Positions 49,198-62,600 of a DNA stretch of 64,000 nt are shown in pieces. The first letter of the stretch is position 1. Each line of letters begins with the position of its first letter. Location of the stretch: positions 992,001 through 1,056,000 of the forward strand of contig BCGN01000005.1 of assembly GCA_001599295.1 (NCBI GenBank), in the 5' to 3' direction. This stretch comes from Sporopachydermia quercuum. Lineage: Eukaryota. Position numbers and translations under genes: made by a program. The notes beneath the pieces were generated by a model. It saw only the letters and a program-made list of their open reading frames with translations. It had not been told where the DNA came from and ran no database searches.

Positions 49198-50258
49198 TAT
49201 TCTCATTAATCAACAAATACTGATAACTTTAGTTCTAACTTGGGTAAGTGAATGTTGATAACATAACATAATCTACACTGCTATTGAAATGCACATGCCC
49301 TTCTGAAATCCAAATCTTCTTTAAGTGATAGGAGTCAATAGCGGGAATCAACTGTTCTTTTGGGCTGAATATGTATTGCTAAATTGAATTTACTATTCAA
49401 TATTCTCTGGTTAGTCGATACATAAATGTATAATGACTGCTATGAATTGTGGGCTTTTCCTTTGAAGTTTTCGCTTCACATGAATAATTTTTCAGTTCAT
49501 GGTAAAGAATAGTTAAAGTTAATGCATAATTATGCAGATGGTGTGGAAACTATGTGATGACAATTTCATAGTAGAAAAGAAATATAATAAAGAGTTGGCT
49601 GAGATGATAATTGGTTCAGCAAATTTAAATTTCATTAAGATAACTTCAAAGTGTCATTATCGGTAGAAATATTTTTTTATTTTATTTTGGATACCCTTGT
49701 TTCATTTTCATATTGAAGCTTGAAGAAGAGATTGATCACCCCGTATCACATCCAACCTAACAAACAATTAGAGAACCAGCAGTACCATTGGATTACCTAA
49801 TTATATAAAACGTACTAAGTGTAATGCTTGAACTTCGTTATTCCCCAGCGGCCATTTTCGTGGCTCAAAAATATATATATATTTTTTAAATTTTTTTTTT
49901 TTGATTGTTGATATATATAAATATTAATTATTATACGTCCCATCAAGACTCTATTATATCAAATTCCATTTTTATGAATTTTAAATCACTGAAAGTTGGT
50001 TTCTATTGCTTCGATATCTGACTATCATAACCTCTTTCGGAGCTTGAAAGTATAACCTCCGGAATCACTTAACTTACTATATGTTTCAAAAAGCTTCAAG
50101 ACAAAAGAAAAGTTCTGTATCTATTGCTAATTCATTACCAAAATAACAATAGAGACTAATGGAAAATGCTAAAAATTCCTTTCAAGCATACTATCATCCG
50201 AAATTTTTGCAAACTTATATTTTGATCCAAGGAAAAAATCATTTCAACAGTCTGTGAG

Positions 50259-51566
50259 ATGTCTTTCAAGCGAAGAGGAGAAGCGATCACACCCTCCGGG
50301 TTACCATCAGGGAGTCCTATCCCTAACAGGAGACGTGCACCGATTGCAACCAGAGGAATACCTACAAATATTGCCGGAGGAATAGTCGGAGAAAATTCAA
50401 CAATACCAAATTCTAAGCCAGCTCATTTAGATGCTCATCCAGGTATTAGGGCTTCCATTCTCACTTCACAGCCTACTACTTCCACAGGTACAGGTGACTT
50501 AGACAAGTTGTTAGGACACTCAGGATTACCACTGGGTTCCATGCTCCTTGTAGAAGAAACAGGGTCAACTGATTTTGCAAGTGTACTCCTTAGGTGTTTT
50601 GGATCCCAGGGAGTCATTCAAGCAAGGATTTCTCCAAAAGTTCCAAAGACTCACGTCATAGTGGTAGGTACAGATCAATCATGGGGAAGAGAACTACCTG
50701 GTATATATAAAGGGAAAAAAGAAGGAAAGAAGGAGGCAATTAAGGAAACCGAGTCGAAAACAACTGTTCAAAATATTCTTGATTCCGCCAATAGTACAAG
50801 AAAAGATAATCCTCAACAGAATGATGGACTGAAGATTGCTTGGCGATACAGACTTAAGAAGGATGGTACTAGTCAGGAGAACGAAGACATCAATGCCAAT
50901 TATCCCTACTATACTAATAATTTTGATGTCACAACTAGATTAGTTCCTGCACCTAGTCCAGAAGAAATCACATTCATAACCGTGAACTTTAATCCTTTAG
51001 CTAATTTGATACCAAGTAGAAAGAATAATAATGGAGTTGAATCTACCAACAAATTTTTTAAAGAAACAATCGCCAAAATAAGTTATATGTGTGCCCGAAA
51101 CAGTTCAGCCGTTTTCAGAGTTATTATTCCTCATGTAATAAATCCTACAGTTCAACAGAGCGACGTTACCATTCCTTCAGTGCTTATTCCTTTTATTCAT
51201 AATTTAAGATCGTTAACTAAGAAGTATCATAACGTAACAGTGATAGGTTCGCTAAACACTGAGCTGTATTCTAGACAGACAGGCTTAGTAGCATCCCTTG
51301 AGAATTTATTTGATGGAGTAATAGAGCTAGAACCGTTTTCTGAACCTTTACTCAAAATGATGGAAAGGGTGGATCCTAAGAATATAAAACAAGGATTGGT
51401 CCATGTATTAAAGCTACCTGAACTATCAGACAGAGGGCAAATGGTTAAAAGAATGAGTGAATTTGCTTTTAGAACCGGTAAAAGTAAATTTGAGATTGAA
51501 GAATGGAGTATTCCTATAGATGAAGGTGAAGTTGAGTCATCAGCGGATAAGTCATTGGAGTATTAA
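50259..51566 (+). CDS. ELP4: Elongator subunit 4
   Basis: HPGIRAS...TTSTGTGDLDKLLGHSGLPLG, LKIAWRY, GLVHVLKLP, FEIEEWSIP. Confidence 0.93.
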   Translation: MSFKRRGEAITPSGLPSGSPIPNRRRAPIATRGIPTNIAGGIVGENSTIPNSKPAHLDAHPGIRASILTSQPTTSTGTGDLDKLLGHSGLPLGSMLLVEETGSTDFASVLLRCFGSQGVIQARISPKVPKTHVIVVGTDQSWGRELPGIYKGKKEGKKEAIKETESKTTVQNILDSANSTRKDNPQQNDGLKIAWRYRLKKDGTSQENEDINANYPYYTNNFDVTTRLVPAPSPEEITFITVNFNPLANLIPSRKNNNGVESTNKFFKETIAKISYMCARNSSAVFRVIIPHVINPTVQQSDVTIPSVLIPFIHNLRSLTKKYHNVTVIGSLNTELYSRQTGLVASLENLFDGVIELEPFSEPLLKMMERVDPKNIKQGLVHVLKLPELSDRGQMVKRMSEFAFRTGKSKFEIEEWSIPIDEGEVESSADKSLEY

Positions 51567-52333
51567 TGATGGAATGGAAAAAATCTGAAAATACTGTCAC
51601 AGTCAGTCAGAGATTTTGACAATCTTTTTCTATATTTCATTGTACGCAACTAGTATATGAAATGAACAATGCATTCAGAAAGAGGAGCAAAAAGCCAGGA
51701 AGACTGTACCTACCAAATGAACGGAACATAAATGAAACGAATGTTAAATGTTTGATGCTTTATGATCTAAAGAAATGGAACAACTATATACCCTATTGGT
51801 GTATATCTTCCATAAGGATTCCATCTAAAAGATACGATAGATATAAGGCTAGATTGATTCAGAACTACTGAAGAATGGGATCTTTAAATACGTTACTTCA
51901 AAGAGAACTTAATAGAGCACCCACATTTTTTCAGAGTCATAATTTTCATGTATTAGAACATATTTGACGTAATAGTTAAAATATCATAGTCCAATTATTA
52001 TATGTATTTTGTCCAACACTATTTAACATAGATAAAACTAGTAGTTTACATAAGTCAAATTGGAATGATCATATTAAGTTTGCAACTGGCATAGACATAC
52101 AGTTTTGTGCATTCACACTTTAATCATTTTTTGTTCTATCTAAACATATTTTCTTCTGCCTTTGCTTTTGCTTTCTACCATTTTTTGTCAGAATAAAATA
52201 TTATATTTGACAATTGCTAGATTTGTTACCTAAAAGAAATATAATAATTTTGCCCCATCTTTAGTTCACAGCTTGTAGGCAATAATTTTTGGTTGCTGTC
52301 TAAAAGAACAAGCTCTGATAATTTCTAGCAAAA

Positions 52334-53591
52334 ATGGGTAAAAGGAGTCGAAATGGAGATTCTGGTTCCCGTAAGAAATCAAAGGTCAGTACTATCTTGA
52401 AGTATCAATATAAGGGCATTCAACATCGATATTGCCGTTAGAAGTTTTCTGTAGCAAAAGCTGACCACATTATGTAGTTTTCCAAAGGTGGTGCTAAGAT
52501 GGTTGAGCCTGGAATGTTTGGTATATATGCCACATGTGCCAGACATAAAGAACAACAGTGTAAAAAAGAGTTAAAAGATTTTCTAACTCAGGTACGTTTT
52601 GTGAACTGCAGATATTTAATAGTATATGCNAAAAAGGAAAATATGGTGGATTTCCAATAATCCAGTGCTGGCAACTTGAACTTACTAACACATTCCACTA
52701 TTTACAGAAGTTTGAAGAGTATTACGAAGAAGAAATCAAAGCATCATCAACTACAGAAGAGGAACCTGAAACAGGCAAACAATCAATTGAAGATGAAATT
52801 GCAAAAGAGCTACAAGAGTTACAGAAACAGCCTATGAGTAAAAGTGAACCTATATCATTTATAGATTTAGGATGTGAATGCGTTGTTTTTGTTAGAACGA
52901 GGAAACCAATTAGACCTGCGGAATTTGTTCAAAGGATTTGTCGTGAAGCAGCTACCAGTAAAATCAAAACCACTCGCTATACTCAAAGACTTATTCCGAT
53001 TACAAAGTCTGCATCTGCAAGTCCCGAAGAGTTGAAGAAACTTGCTTTAAGCGTCATAGCACCTCATTTCCATGCTGAGGACCAAGAACCAAAGAAGGTA
53101 AGTAATAGCCTGATAAGATCTATCTATCTGCAAACATTAACAATAGCAAATGTATAGCATAAGTCATCAGCACTCTTTTACTTGGGAATACATACTAACA
53201 GTATTATCTTCTTCAATTGTGATAGTTCGCAATTCATACTGTGATTAGAAACCATAATATATTTACAAGGGACGAGATAATTAGGACAGTTGCTGAATGT
53301 GTAGGCAACAACCATGGTCATAAGGTTGATCTGAAAAACTACGATAAGCTGATTATTGTTGAATGTTTCAAGGCAAACATTGGTATGAGCGTGGTTGACG
53401 AGTTTGATTCTTTACAGAGGTTCAATTTACAGTCTTTGTTTGATAAAGCCACAGAGAGCAAGGAGAATACGCAACCAGAAGCCAATAGTTCAATCAAACA
53501 GGGAGACAATGAAGACAGAATAGAAAATAGAGACAATGAAAAAGAGGAAACAGAAGTAGCCACGGATGGTAGTGCAGCAAGAAAAGTGTGA
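52334..53591 (+). CDS. TAN1: THUMP-domain tRNA acetylation adaptor Tan1; exons 52334-52384, 52478-52591, 52708-53097, 53226-53591
   Basis: GIYATCARHKE, TRYTQRLIPI, HKVDLKNYDKLIIVECFKANIGMSVV; three frame-preserving introns; convergent with EMC4 as in S. cerevisiae. Confidence 0.92.
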
Positions 53592-54051
53592 GAAAAGGAA
53601 GAAAAAGCAAACAGAACAGTCTTTGAAAACCAGGAAAAGGACTCACATTGAGTTGGATACATCTTAATTAGAATCGAATATGAAATGGTTAAACTTTTGT
53701 AAGTCTCAATGTAATAATATTACTTTATGTATATTACCTTTCTTTAGCATTTTGATGATCGTGCAACCATTAGACATAACCATTGTAAAAAACAATGTCA
53801 CAGCACATTGAGAATAATTACTGGAGAGCGCTCGATGTTCTATTAATATAACAAATGTCTATTGAAAGAAAATTGATGATTTATCTCGAACATGACAAGT
53901 ATACTTATTTTCGCTATCAACTTATTATTCATTTATATAATTGCCAACGCTGCTTTTGACCATACCTTTGATAGGGCTCGCAATAATAACATCTCGTTCA
54001 GTCAGATGCTGTAATATCAAATCATCTTNCATATCTTATTGAATCAACATT

Positions 54052-55278
54052 CTATAGCGCCATAGTTTCTGCCATCTATTAATCAACGTTAGCTTTCCAA
54101 CCAAAACAAATGAGCCATAAATGCTACCATTTTAACTCAACATGAATCTTTCACATAGATTCATATACATACGGTCACAGAGTTCTCCCAAGCTAGCCAA
54201 TCACTTCTTGTATTTGGCAACAGACCCATTTTATTTAGCTTCCAAACACCAACAGCCATATTCAATAAATTGAAAAGAATAAATGCATAAACTGCTGTAT
54301 CAACCTGACCGTTGAAACTGTCGATCTCTCTTGCTGCTATTGATTTCTTTGATTTCAATCCTGCTTTCGATTTATAAAACCTCGTGAACTGTTGTTTTGG
54401 TTTCATTAGTTGTTTCAATGGATTCCAAAAGACAGTAAGAGTCATCATAATAGGAATTAACTGTAGTGAATTACCTGACATGAAAGACATTATGAGGTTC
54501 ATTGGGATTCTAGGTAATAGTTAGAATTAGCACTGCATTGGACAACTACCGCCCTGATATTTTAACCGCATTTGATAGGTGTTCTGTATCTCATACAGAA
54601 TGAAAAATACTTACTGTTTTGCAGGTGCTATTGCTAGTTCCCATGCTTTCTGTTTAGATGAAATGTGAAGTTAGCAGCTGACTATTAAAGATTCCCATCG
54701 CTGTTGTCATTTGAGAAGGAAGAAAATAGATAGTAGAAGTAGAAGCTCATCATAAAGATATAAAATAAAAGCACAGTACAACTCGAGATACCTGTGCTAG
54801 CAACATGATCTCAATCCTTATCTTGCGATGGCAGGAAAAACTATAACTTACCTTTACTACTAGTTCATCATTTGATGGTCCTTCCTTCAATGATTTTGAT
54901 GAAGATGCCTTTTTAACTGTTAGTACATAATGAAATGATGCAACCTATACCATTGTAATTGAAAATAATACTTTCAATATCTTTCTTACCTTTGAGTTGT
55001 TATCAACTTTGAACGCTGGAGGCTTAGCTACCACTGTAGCTGATTTACTACCACATATTTGTTAATACCTGATACTCCCTACCATAGAAGATACTTAGAT
55101 ACTTCGTGTAATTTTGTTTATGGGTGAACATCGTAAGATCAATTGCTTTTCCATCATAATTCAAATAGCCTCTGCTTATCATATACTCATATGATTACCA
55201 AAGTACATACAATAGTTTCGGTGGATTTGTTAGATATGTGTACCATTCAGCGGGAGATTGTTGAGAAACCTCTGACAT
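54052..55278 (-). CDS. EMC4: ER membrane complex subunit 4; exons 55278-55211, 55047-54990, 54908-54852, 54649-54615, 54509-54173, 54075-54052
   Basis: KAWELAIAPAKQ/IPMNLIMSFMSGNSLQLIPIMM and WKLNKMGLLPNTRSDWLAWE; five introns, each with a branch point and keeping frame. Confidence 0.9.
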
Positions 55279-56198
55279 TGCGATGTGACTGATGGATGAC
55301 CGGAGAAGATATGTAGCCACTGGACAAACTATGCAATAATAAAATTCTGAAGATATCACGACAATTGATGCCTAAGCTAATATGATTTCCCAAGTATTAT
55401 ATAAACCTGATTCAATATTAACAGTTATAAATTAATATCGACGGTACGTCATTCCATGGTTAGCTGGGAATCATTATTTCTGACTGTACAAAGCTGAAAG
55501 TGAGAAACAGCGTCTTATTTCAGGGTAAAGATCTTGAGACAATTGTAAGGTTGAAGTAGGTTCGACATAGGGTTGGTTGGGGCCATTGCGGGAAGGAAGG
55601 CTAATGAAAAGTAAGAATAACTATATTTCTGATAAATCAAACAAGAGTGAGCAGGATATTAGTAGTAGTATATGAAAGTTCATGTTTCTCAGAGAAGTGG
55701 GTGTTCTCGCATGGGTAAAAGCTGAAGAATTGCATCCAAAGCAAATAGTATGCCATTAGATTTTATATGCAGTATCTTTGCATATCCAACAGCTATTACT
55801 AGGGAGGGATTATACAACAACAACGAACTAAAGTATCGTAAAAAGTTCCATATCATTTGAATATTTTTTCTAGCCCCTAGTTGATACTGTACAGGAACCA
55901 GCCGCTCACCCATTTCCAAATTGTTACAAGATACATACCAATCATTCTCATCTTGATATTGCGGTCTATTATTTAAGTTTGATCAACAGACTAACATGCA
56001 TAATAACGCATATTGACAGTGAAGCTTAAAGCTAGAAGCTCAGATTTACAAGAAGCCTGAAAATCAATTGCTTTTTATGATAATTCACTATTTTAAAAGA
56101 CAATTCATAAGTAGCAAGTCCTTTTCAACGGATATGAAAATTCGCCTTTCGTTCATCCAGCCTTTATTTTTTATAGTAACCAATTCACATATAGCAAA

Positions 56199-56967
56199 AT
56201 GTCGGAACGAGTAAAGAAACGGTCTAAAGTTAAAGGTAAGAATCTATTTGAAGGAAGACATGAGCCAAATGCGATTGATCGAGCAAGGTGAAACATATAT
56301 CATGAACAATGAATTTTCATTATATGACCTTAGTACTGTTCAATGTCAGTGCGCTGCTATTTATATACTGCTTGTGTTTTTTTTTCCGAATTCTCTCACT
56401 CAACACCTGCAGTTGTTGTCGTTAACCGAGGGATAGATGCAGTATACTCTTCGTGACTTTTACTAACATTTTACCATAGGAAGTAAGTTAATCAAACATT
56501 CAGTGCCACGTAAATTCACACCAGATTCAAATGTTATATATATAAAATGGAGCTCCCCACTTATATCAATTGTGAAGAAATGTGACAAAGTACTTGCGAA
56601 ACGGTCAAAAAGTAATAAATCAAACACAGTTCAAGTGTGCGCAATGGGGAGAGCAATTGATAAAGCATTGCAAGTTGCAAGTTATTTCAGGGAATTAAGT
56701 GACGACAAGAACCTGAAAAGAAGAGCTACCACCAAATATAAAGTGATGGTCAAAACGGGAACAGTGAAAGTTATTGACGAGTTTGTTAAAAATGAGGAAG
56801 GTAATGTTCTAGAAAATGTTCAGGATACTGCNATGACCGATGGCGTTGACAATACTAATAACAATAATACTGGCGAAAACAAGGAGGAAGAGGAAGAAGA
56901 TGATAACATCCTGAGTAAACGCATGGTTAGTAAAGTAGTGATTGATATTCGGTCTCTGGACAAGTAG
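56199..56967 (+). CDS. POP7: RNase P/MRP subunit Pop7 (Rpp20, Alba fold); exons 56199-56235 and 56480-56967
   Basis: IYIKWSSPLISIVKKCDKVL, VCAMGRAIDKALQVASYF, VKTGTVKVIDE, KRMVSKVVIDI; intron GTAAGA...TACTAAC...TAG. Confidence 0.8.
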
Positions 56968-57526
56968 CTGGACAAGTAGCATGGCGAAGGATCAAAGCAT
57001 AGAATAGTACCAAAGTATATGTGGGTGGGATAAATAACGTGCTTGTATGGTTAGGTCGGATGCAAAGATGAAGATAATTGAATTACAAAATAATAGCGAA
57101 TAAAGGAGTGTATGAAATAACTGGTGATACTAAAGAGTAAGCAAAACGTATTATATGATGATGGGAAAGGAGAGAAATATCGACAATAGGTACAGTAAGC
57201 CTATGGTACTACACCAAATGAATAATTGCGTTTAATATCGAAGAAACACACACATTTGAGTCAAGATAATGCTGAGCTGATTTATTTGAAGCTGGAAAGT
57301 AGTTCGCTACCACTTTTAGAGGAAACATGACGATTTATAAACCACCAACATCACGTCGTCACAACTGTTTCTAATGATCAGAACTACAACACCAATCACA
57401 TAAGATAAAAGTTCATAACACATTAAATTATTATATAAATCTATTTACAACCATATTATACAAGAAAAATAAACAGGAGCAATACTGCATCATTGCCATT
57501 ATAAAATGAATTCTACCCTCATAGTT

Positions 57527-58340
57527 TCATTTCAAACGATCTAAACATCTCTTCTTGACATCAGTAAAGTCATCACGTTCGGATTCATATAATTTCCTCA
57601 ATCGTTTATCTTCAATAACACTCAGTTCATTCTCAAAGATCTCCACAGCAAACTTACACACTTCTTCACATTGTTGATATTTTCCTAAGAAATACAGCCG
57701 TTCAGCAGCGTGCCTGATATCTGATCGTATTATTTTCGACACCAGAATTTCTTCTCTTGGAAAATCACGATAATTTAATTCAGTAAATTTCTAGTGACGT
57801 TAGTAAGAGGAGTTAATGAAATGGTAAAAACGAATGGTTAACCTGTAATATAAACCATAGTGCGTATGAGTGTGTATAGAGAGGATAACTGGATCGAGCT
57901 GAGCACTGAATTATCTGTCATCATCATGAATATTGTGCAAGGTGTTCATTTGTAGAGCATAATTCAATCATCGTCATAATCTCACAAAAAAGAAGGCATC
58001 ACAAAGTAAATACTTCGATATAGAGCATTTTCTCTCAAATTTTTTCAAATCCTAGATACTAGCAAGTCGTACTTACATTTAGAGTATTGATTCTTGGGCC
58101 TATAGATGCAAAGATAGTTTTCTGAATTACAAAGTCATCCTCTGACTGGCCTTTTCTTTGCTTTGCAACTTTACTTCCTCTATTTGTTCTTGGCAACTGT
58201 GTTTGACTACACTCTTGAGCATTTTCCTTTCCATTAATTGAGCCATCTGACGATGAGTTGATATCAAGAGTTTCCAGTATGGTCAACTGAGAGACAACTG
58301 TTTCTGCGCTTACTCCAGTGATTGAATTATCAGAGCTCAT
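57527..58340 (-). CDS. Probable conserved fungal hypothetical protein, TPR-like C-terminus (possibly YJR012C-like); exons 58340-58077 and 57790-57527
   Basis: Intron GTAAGT...TACTAAC...TAG joins two ORF-track pieces in frame: KQRKGQSEDDF...GPRINTLN/KF...HAAERLYFLGKYQQC. Confidence 0.7.
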
Positions 58341-59607
58341 TTCTGTAGATTTAGTCGATACCTCACTCTTACGATAATCTAGTTTTTGTATTGTTGTAGT
58401 TACTTATAGTTATATTTATGATGTATAATAGGAAAATACCTGTCTGTAGTAGTGGTTTGTATACTAAGAAATGAAAAGTTAACTGAACTAATGGTATCTG
58501 ATAGGTAATACTAGTCTGTTCAGCAAACACTCGCGCTGCTCACCATATACAGCTACTGAACACTCTACCGTTCATGGGTATAGTAGCACAATCCGCAGTA
58601 TTATTATTCTGTTGTTAATCGCTCATTGGATACCTGAAGGAAAGAAAAGTTTCACCCTCAGACAGTAGAAAATAATTTATCTTCATGATGTGCGAGTATT
58701 TAATTTGTAGGGTTTGCATGATTTATGCATATACTTTAAACCATATTCTGGAAGAGTGTTAGAAGGACAAGTTTGAATGATGATATGTTCTGCATCGATT
58801 TCAAGATTTGTTCTCTAATGCTATTACCACCAGTTTCATTTATTTTTACAATTTCGAAGCCGTGATCTTTTTTTTCTTTCTTTTCTTTTCTTTTCTCTGT
58901 ATGTTGATTATCTATGAATACGTAATTTGCGATTGGGGATAAACTAAGTTTCACTTTGCACAATCTATGCGTAGAATGCATGTGATTTATTCAGTTAGCA
59001 TTAGAAAATCACCTACGGCTCAACATATATTTAAACAATATTGTTCTCATTCTCTGCAACAATTGAAATAACCTACAGAGAGTTAAAATTGAGCATAAGT
59101 AATTATTACAGCTTTCACTTATAATCCATCATAATTTTCTCCTGGTCTCCACATTATCTGATTATTACAATTTGGGAGACAGCATAATCTTAATCTACCT
59201 ATCTACAATAGATGTCGCGTGAGTATCAGCAAAATTTGAATTCAAACATGAAAGCTTCTCGACGACCGGATTGAATAACTATCCCTGGAAAGAAGTAGTT
59301 TACAGTGCGGTGAAATTCATATTCAAACACTGGTGGTACAACATATATGCATTCGATAGAGTGAAGTGTACCGTTGTATATTGTAGAACAGATGATCAGA
59401 AAGGACTAAGTGCTAAATCAATGTCACACTTGTTTCTGTTATATTCCTCATGATTAAAGGACTGTAGCCATATTTGAAATTTATAAAGGTCCATTACAAA
59501 AGTCATTATTATCGTTGAAGTACTGTGTTAAAAACTGTATAGAAATCTTGTCTTCCTTACCTTTATTTACACCATCAATATATTTATCCAACTAGATCAC
59601 ATTTACC

Positions 59608-62600
59608 TTATCCCATATCAATATCACCATCACTATCATCATAACTATCATAACTATTACTGGTGTTCGTTGGCGCTGTTTCATTGCCAATAGAACTGGT
59701 ACTCTCATCGTCATCATCATCGTAGAATCCATCGTTCTTATAACCTAATACAATCGCATTAGGATTCATGATATAATTATGACTGATATCCTGTTTTGTT
59801 TCATCATCTGAAGTTCTTCCTAAAAGTTTCTTCCATTCTGTTTCAGTTGTATTCACGATGTCATCCATATAATCTGTCCACGAGGCATTCTTATTGAATA
59901 TGCATTGTATTTCCTGGACCACTTTGATAAACTGTTCTGATACTGCCCTTCTATTGTAAAGTTTTTTATCTTCATTATTGTTATTATCATTGAGCTCGTC
60001 GAACTCATCGTTATCATAGTCCTCTTCTTCCTCTTCACCTTCCAGATCTGACTCTAACCCTAGATCTATCAGCCGCTGTTTCTTAGTCTTCTCAATACTG
60101 AGAAATTCACCAATTGACATATAAAAGGATTGTAACTGATTGGATAGAACATGTATCATTCCACCATATGAGTATTCCTCTCTGCCATCATTCGACTTTT
60201 GAAATTCATTATTATCTCTGTATAATTTCAATATTTCATTGAGAATATCAACTCTCGAAAATAGATCAAGCTGCAAGTAAACAGTGAAGTTGTAGAATCC
60301 CGTCACAAGAAATATATCTTCATGAGCTTCATGCTTCATAATTGAATTATCAGAACTCACTGCATTGGCACTGGCATCTTCATCTTCCATAACTAATCGT
60401 TTATAATCCTCTTGAATCATCATAATGTCATCCAAAAGCGATGTGGACAATACTTCAGAGATGAACCCCAGGATGGATGAGTGGAGGAGATCAGAGTAAG
60501 GATGTAATCCTATTAGGTTGACAAGTGTTGATAGGAAGTTAGATACAAAGAATTGACATTTCAATAAATCACCTTTAGTCAACGGAGAAGGAATTGATAT
60601 TTTTGAATAGAGAGTGGACGAGAGGATATTTGTTAGCTCTGTGGAAGANNAAAAACAGCTGATCGAACTGTTAGACTTTTTAGTATCGTTGATTATAAAG
60701 CTGTCTTTTACATTTTTTTGCTGAGAAGAGCGATTGAATAAACGATAATAAACGCTGTCAAGAAATATGTCGTTGAGATAAAGAGTATTTGATAAGCTGA
60801 AAACTCGCGTGAGAAAAACAATAATGCGGTATTTCAAATAAATCTCGCCATTACTATACCTACCAATTGTAGACTCATTTGAAGTATCAGCATGTTGATT
60901 GGCATTGTTGTATGGTTTAACTGTTAGCGTTCCATTCATAGCAGATCCAATACTATCAAAATCATGACTGGACCTCTTATTCTTCCAANGTAAAAACTCA
61001 TCACCATTCATCTGTAGCAAGGAAAAGAATACAGAAAGGAGCCCGGAAATGGTTTCGATGAAATAGCCAACATAAACCAAATAGTCATTCACTTCATCCT
61101 CTAAATCTTCCAACTCCAAACTATCATGGGGACTGATTTGATTATGATGAGTGTTATGAGATATGTCCTCCGGTGCAATATTGCTGGAGATGTTATTGTT
61201 GGAAGAAATCGTGTGAAGCGAATCATTTTCATTACCTCTATTTTTAGTCGAAAACCCCATGCCAGTACTCGAATGGCTATTGATATCAATCCTTTTATGA
61301 CCTTCAGCAACTCCTTGATCACTCATTCGTCTATTCAGATTGTTATCTAAAACAATGGTAAAATCAATCTGGGAGTTTAGTTTTTCAACCATTTCAATTC
61401 CAACAACAAAGATTTCTAATCCATGAGTCATAATTAAGGAATNAGTNACCATTGCTTCTAGTAATACCCGTACAGTGGTTTTGTCAAATAAATGCCTTAG
61501 TACCAGCGATTGAGAGTTTGTATTAGTAGTGCTGGATTCATTCATGTTGCTGTTCCCAAAGTTTGGATTGCTACTATTATTATTCGTAGAGCTTTCATCG
61601 CCAGGAATGTTAGAAACCAGACCGATAATAAACTCTCTAATGTTCAGTTGATAGGTTTTTGAGTTATTTTTGGGAAAAATTAGATTCTGAATCAGTTTCT
61701 CAACAAGGCACTCGTCATCATAGAGATATTTAGCTATGTTGATCTCTATATCGACATCTGATTCTTCAAAGTTATGTCTACAATCAAGAGACAATATTCT
61801 AAACAATGTTTTCGCAACTGCTTCATTATCCAGACGATAAATAAACTTATTAGCTACGTTGAGTCTTGATGTCGCAACAGAAGTAGGCATAATTATTGAA
61901 TTCGAAAATGAACTTCCAGTTAATATGCTGGCGCCGGTATAGCCTGAAAAAATATCACTTTTTCTAGTAGAAGACTCATCTTTATCATCTTTACTATTGA
62001 TAATATGATTATAGAAAGCCAGTTCAAACTCTTCGGATGAATCATCAATCAATCTATCTAATATCAAAGCAAATGATTTCAATGGTGGGTAGAAGTGCGC
62101 GCTAAGCAATTCAAATAGTGCAACAAAACACTCTTTATTACTCAGGAGTAGTGATTGAATCGACATTCGAAGATGTTCCTGTGTGCTGTAACCATATGTT
62201 GATGAAAAGTTTGCTAATAATATACTTGTTGCTAATTTTGCATTCTTGAGGATTGTGAGTTTGGACTCGCTTGGTGGAGCTTCTATCGCTGGTGATACAT
62301 CTTGAGATGTAAGAGGATTAATTGAATTACTTGACCAGCTAGGATCGTATTCCAGCTCCACATCACTGTCATAATTATTAGAAGTGTTCAGACTATCATT
62401 GACGGTACCTTCTTTGTGCGCTTTCTCTTCATGTGCATTTTCTTTAAGCCCATTGAATCTATATTCAATTTCGTCATTGTCAATATCCGGCTCTGAGATC
62501 CGTTCAAGTCCATTCTCATCTTTTAGTTGAAATATCTTTTCAGAATCACCGTTACTCTCTTCGTTCTCATTTTCATTCTTAAATTCGTCTGGAAATGATT

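Noticed and set aside
55450..55600. A-box/B-box-like motifs (TGGTTAGCTGG, GGTTCGAC) suggesting a tRNA or Pol III gene
   Set aside because: No cloverleaf, T-stem or poly-T terminator could be built.
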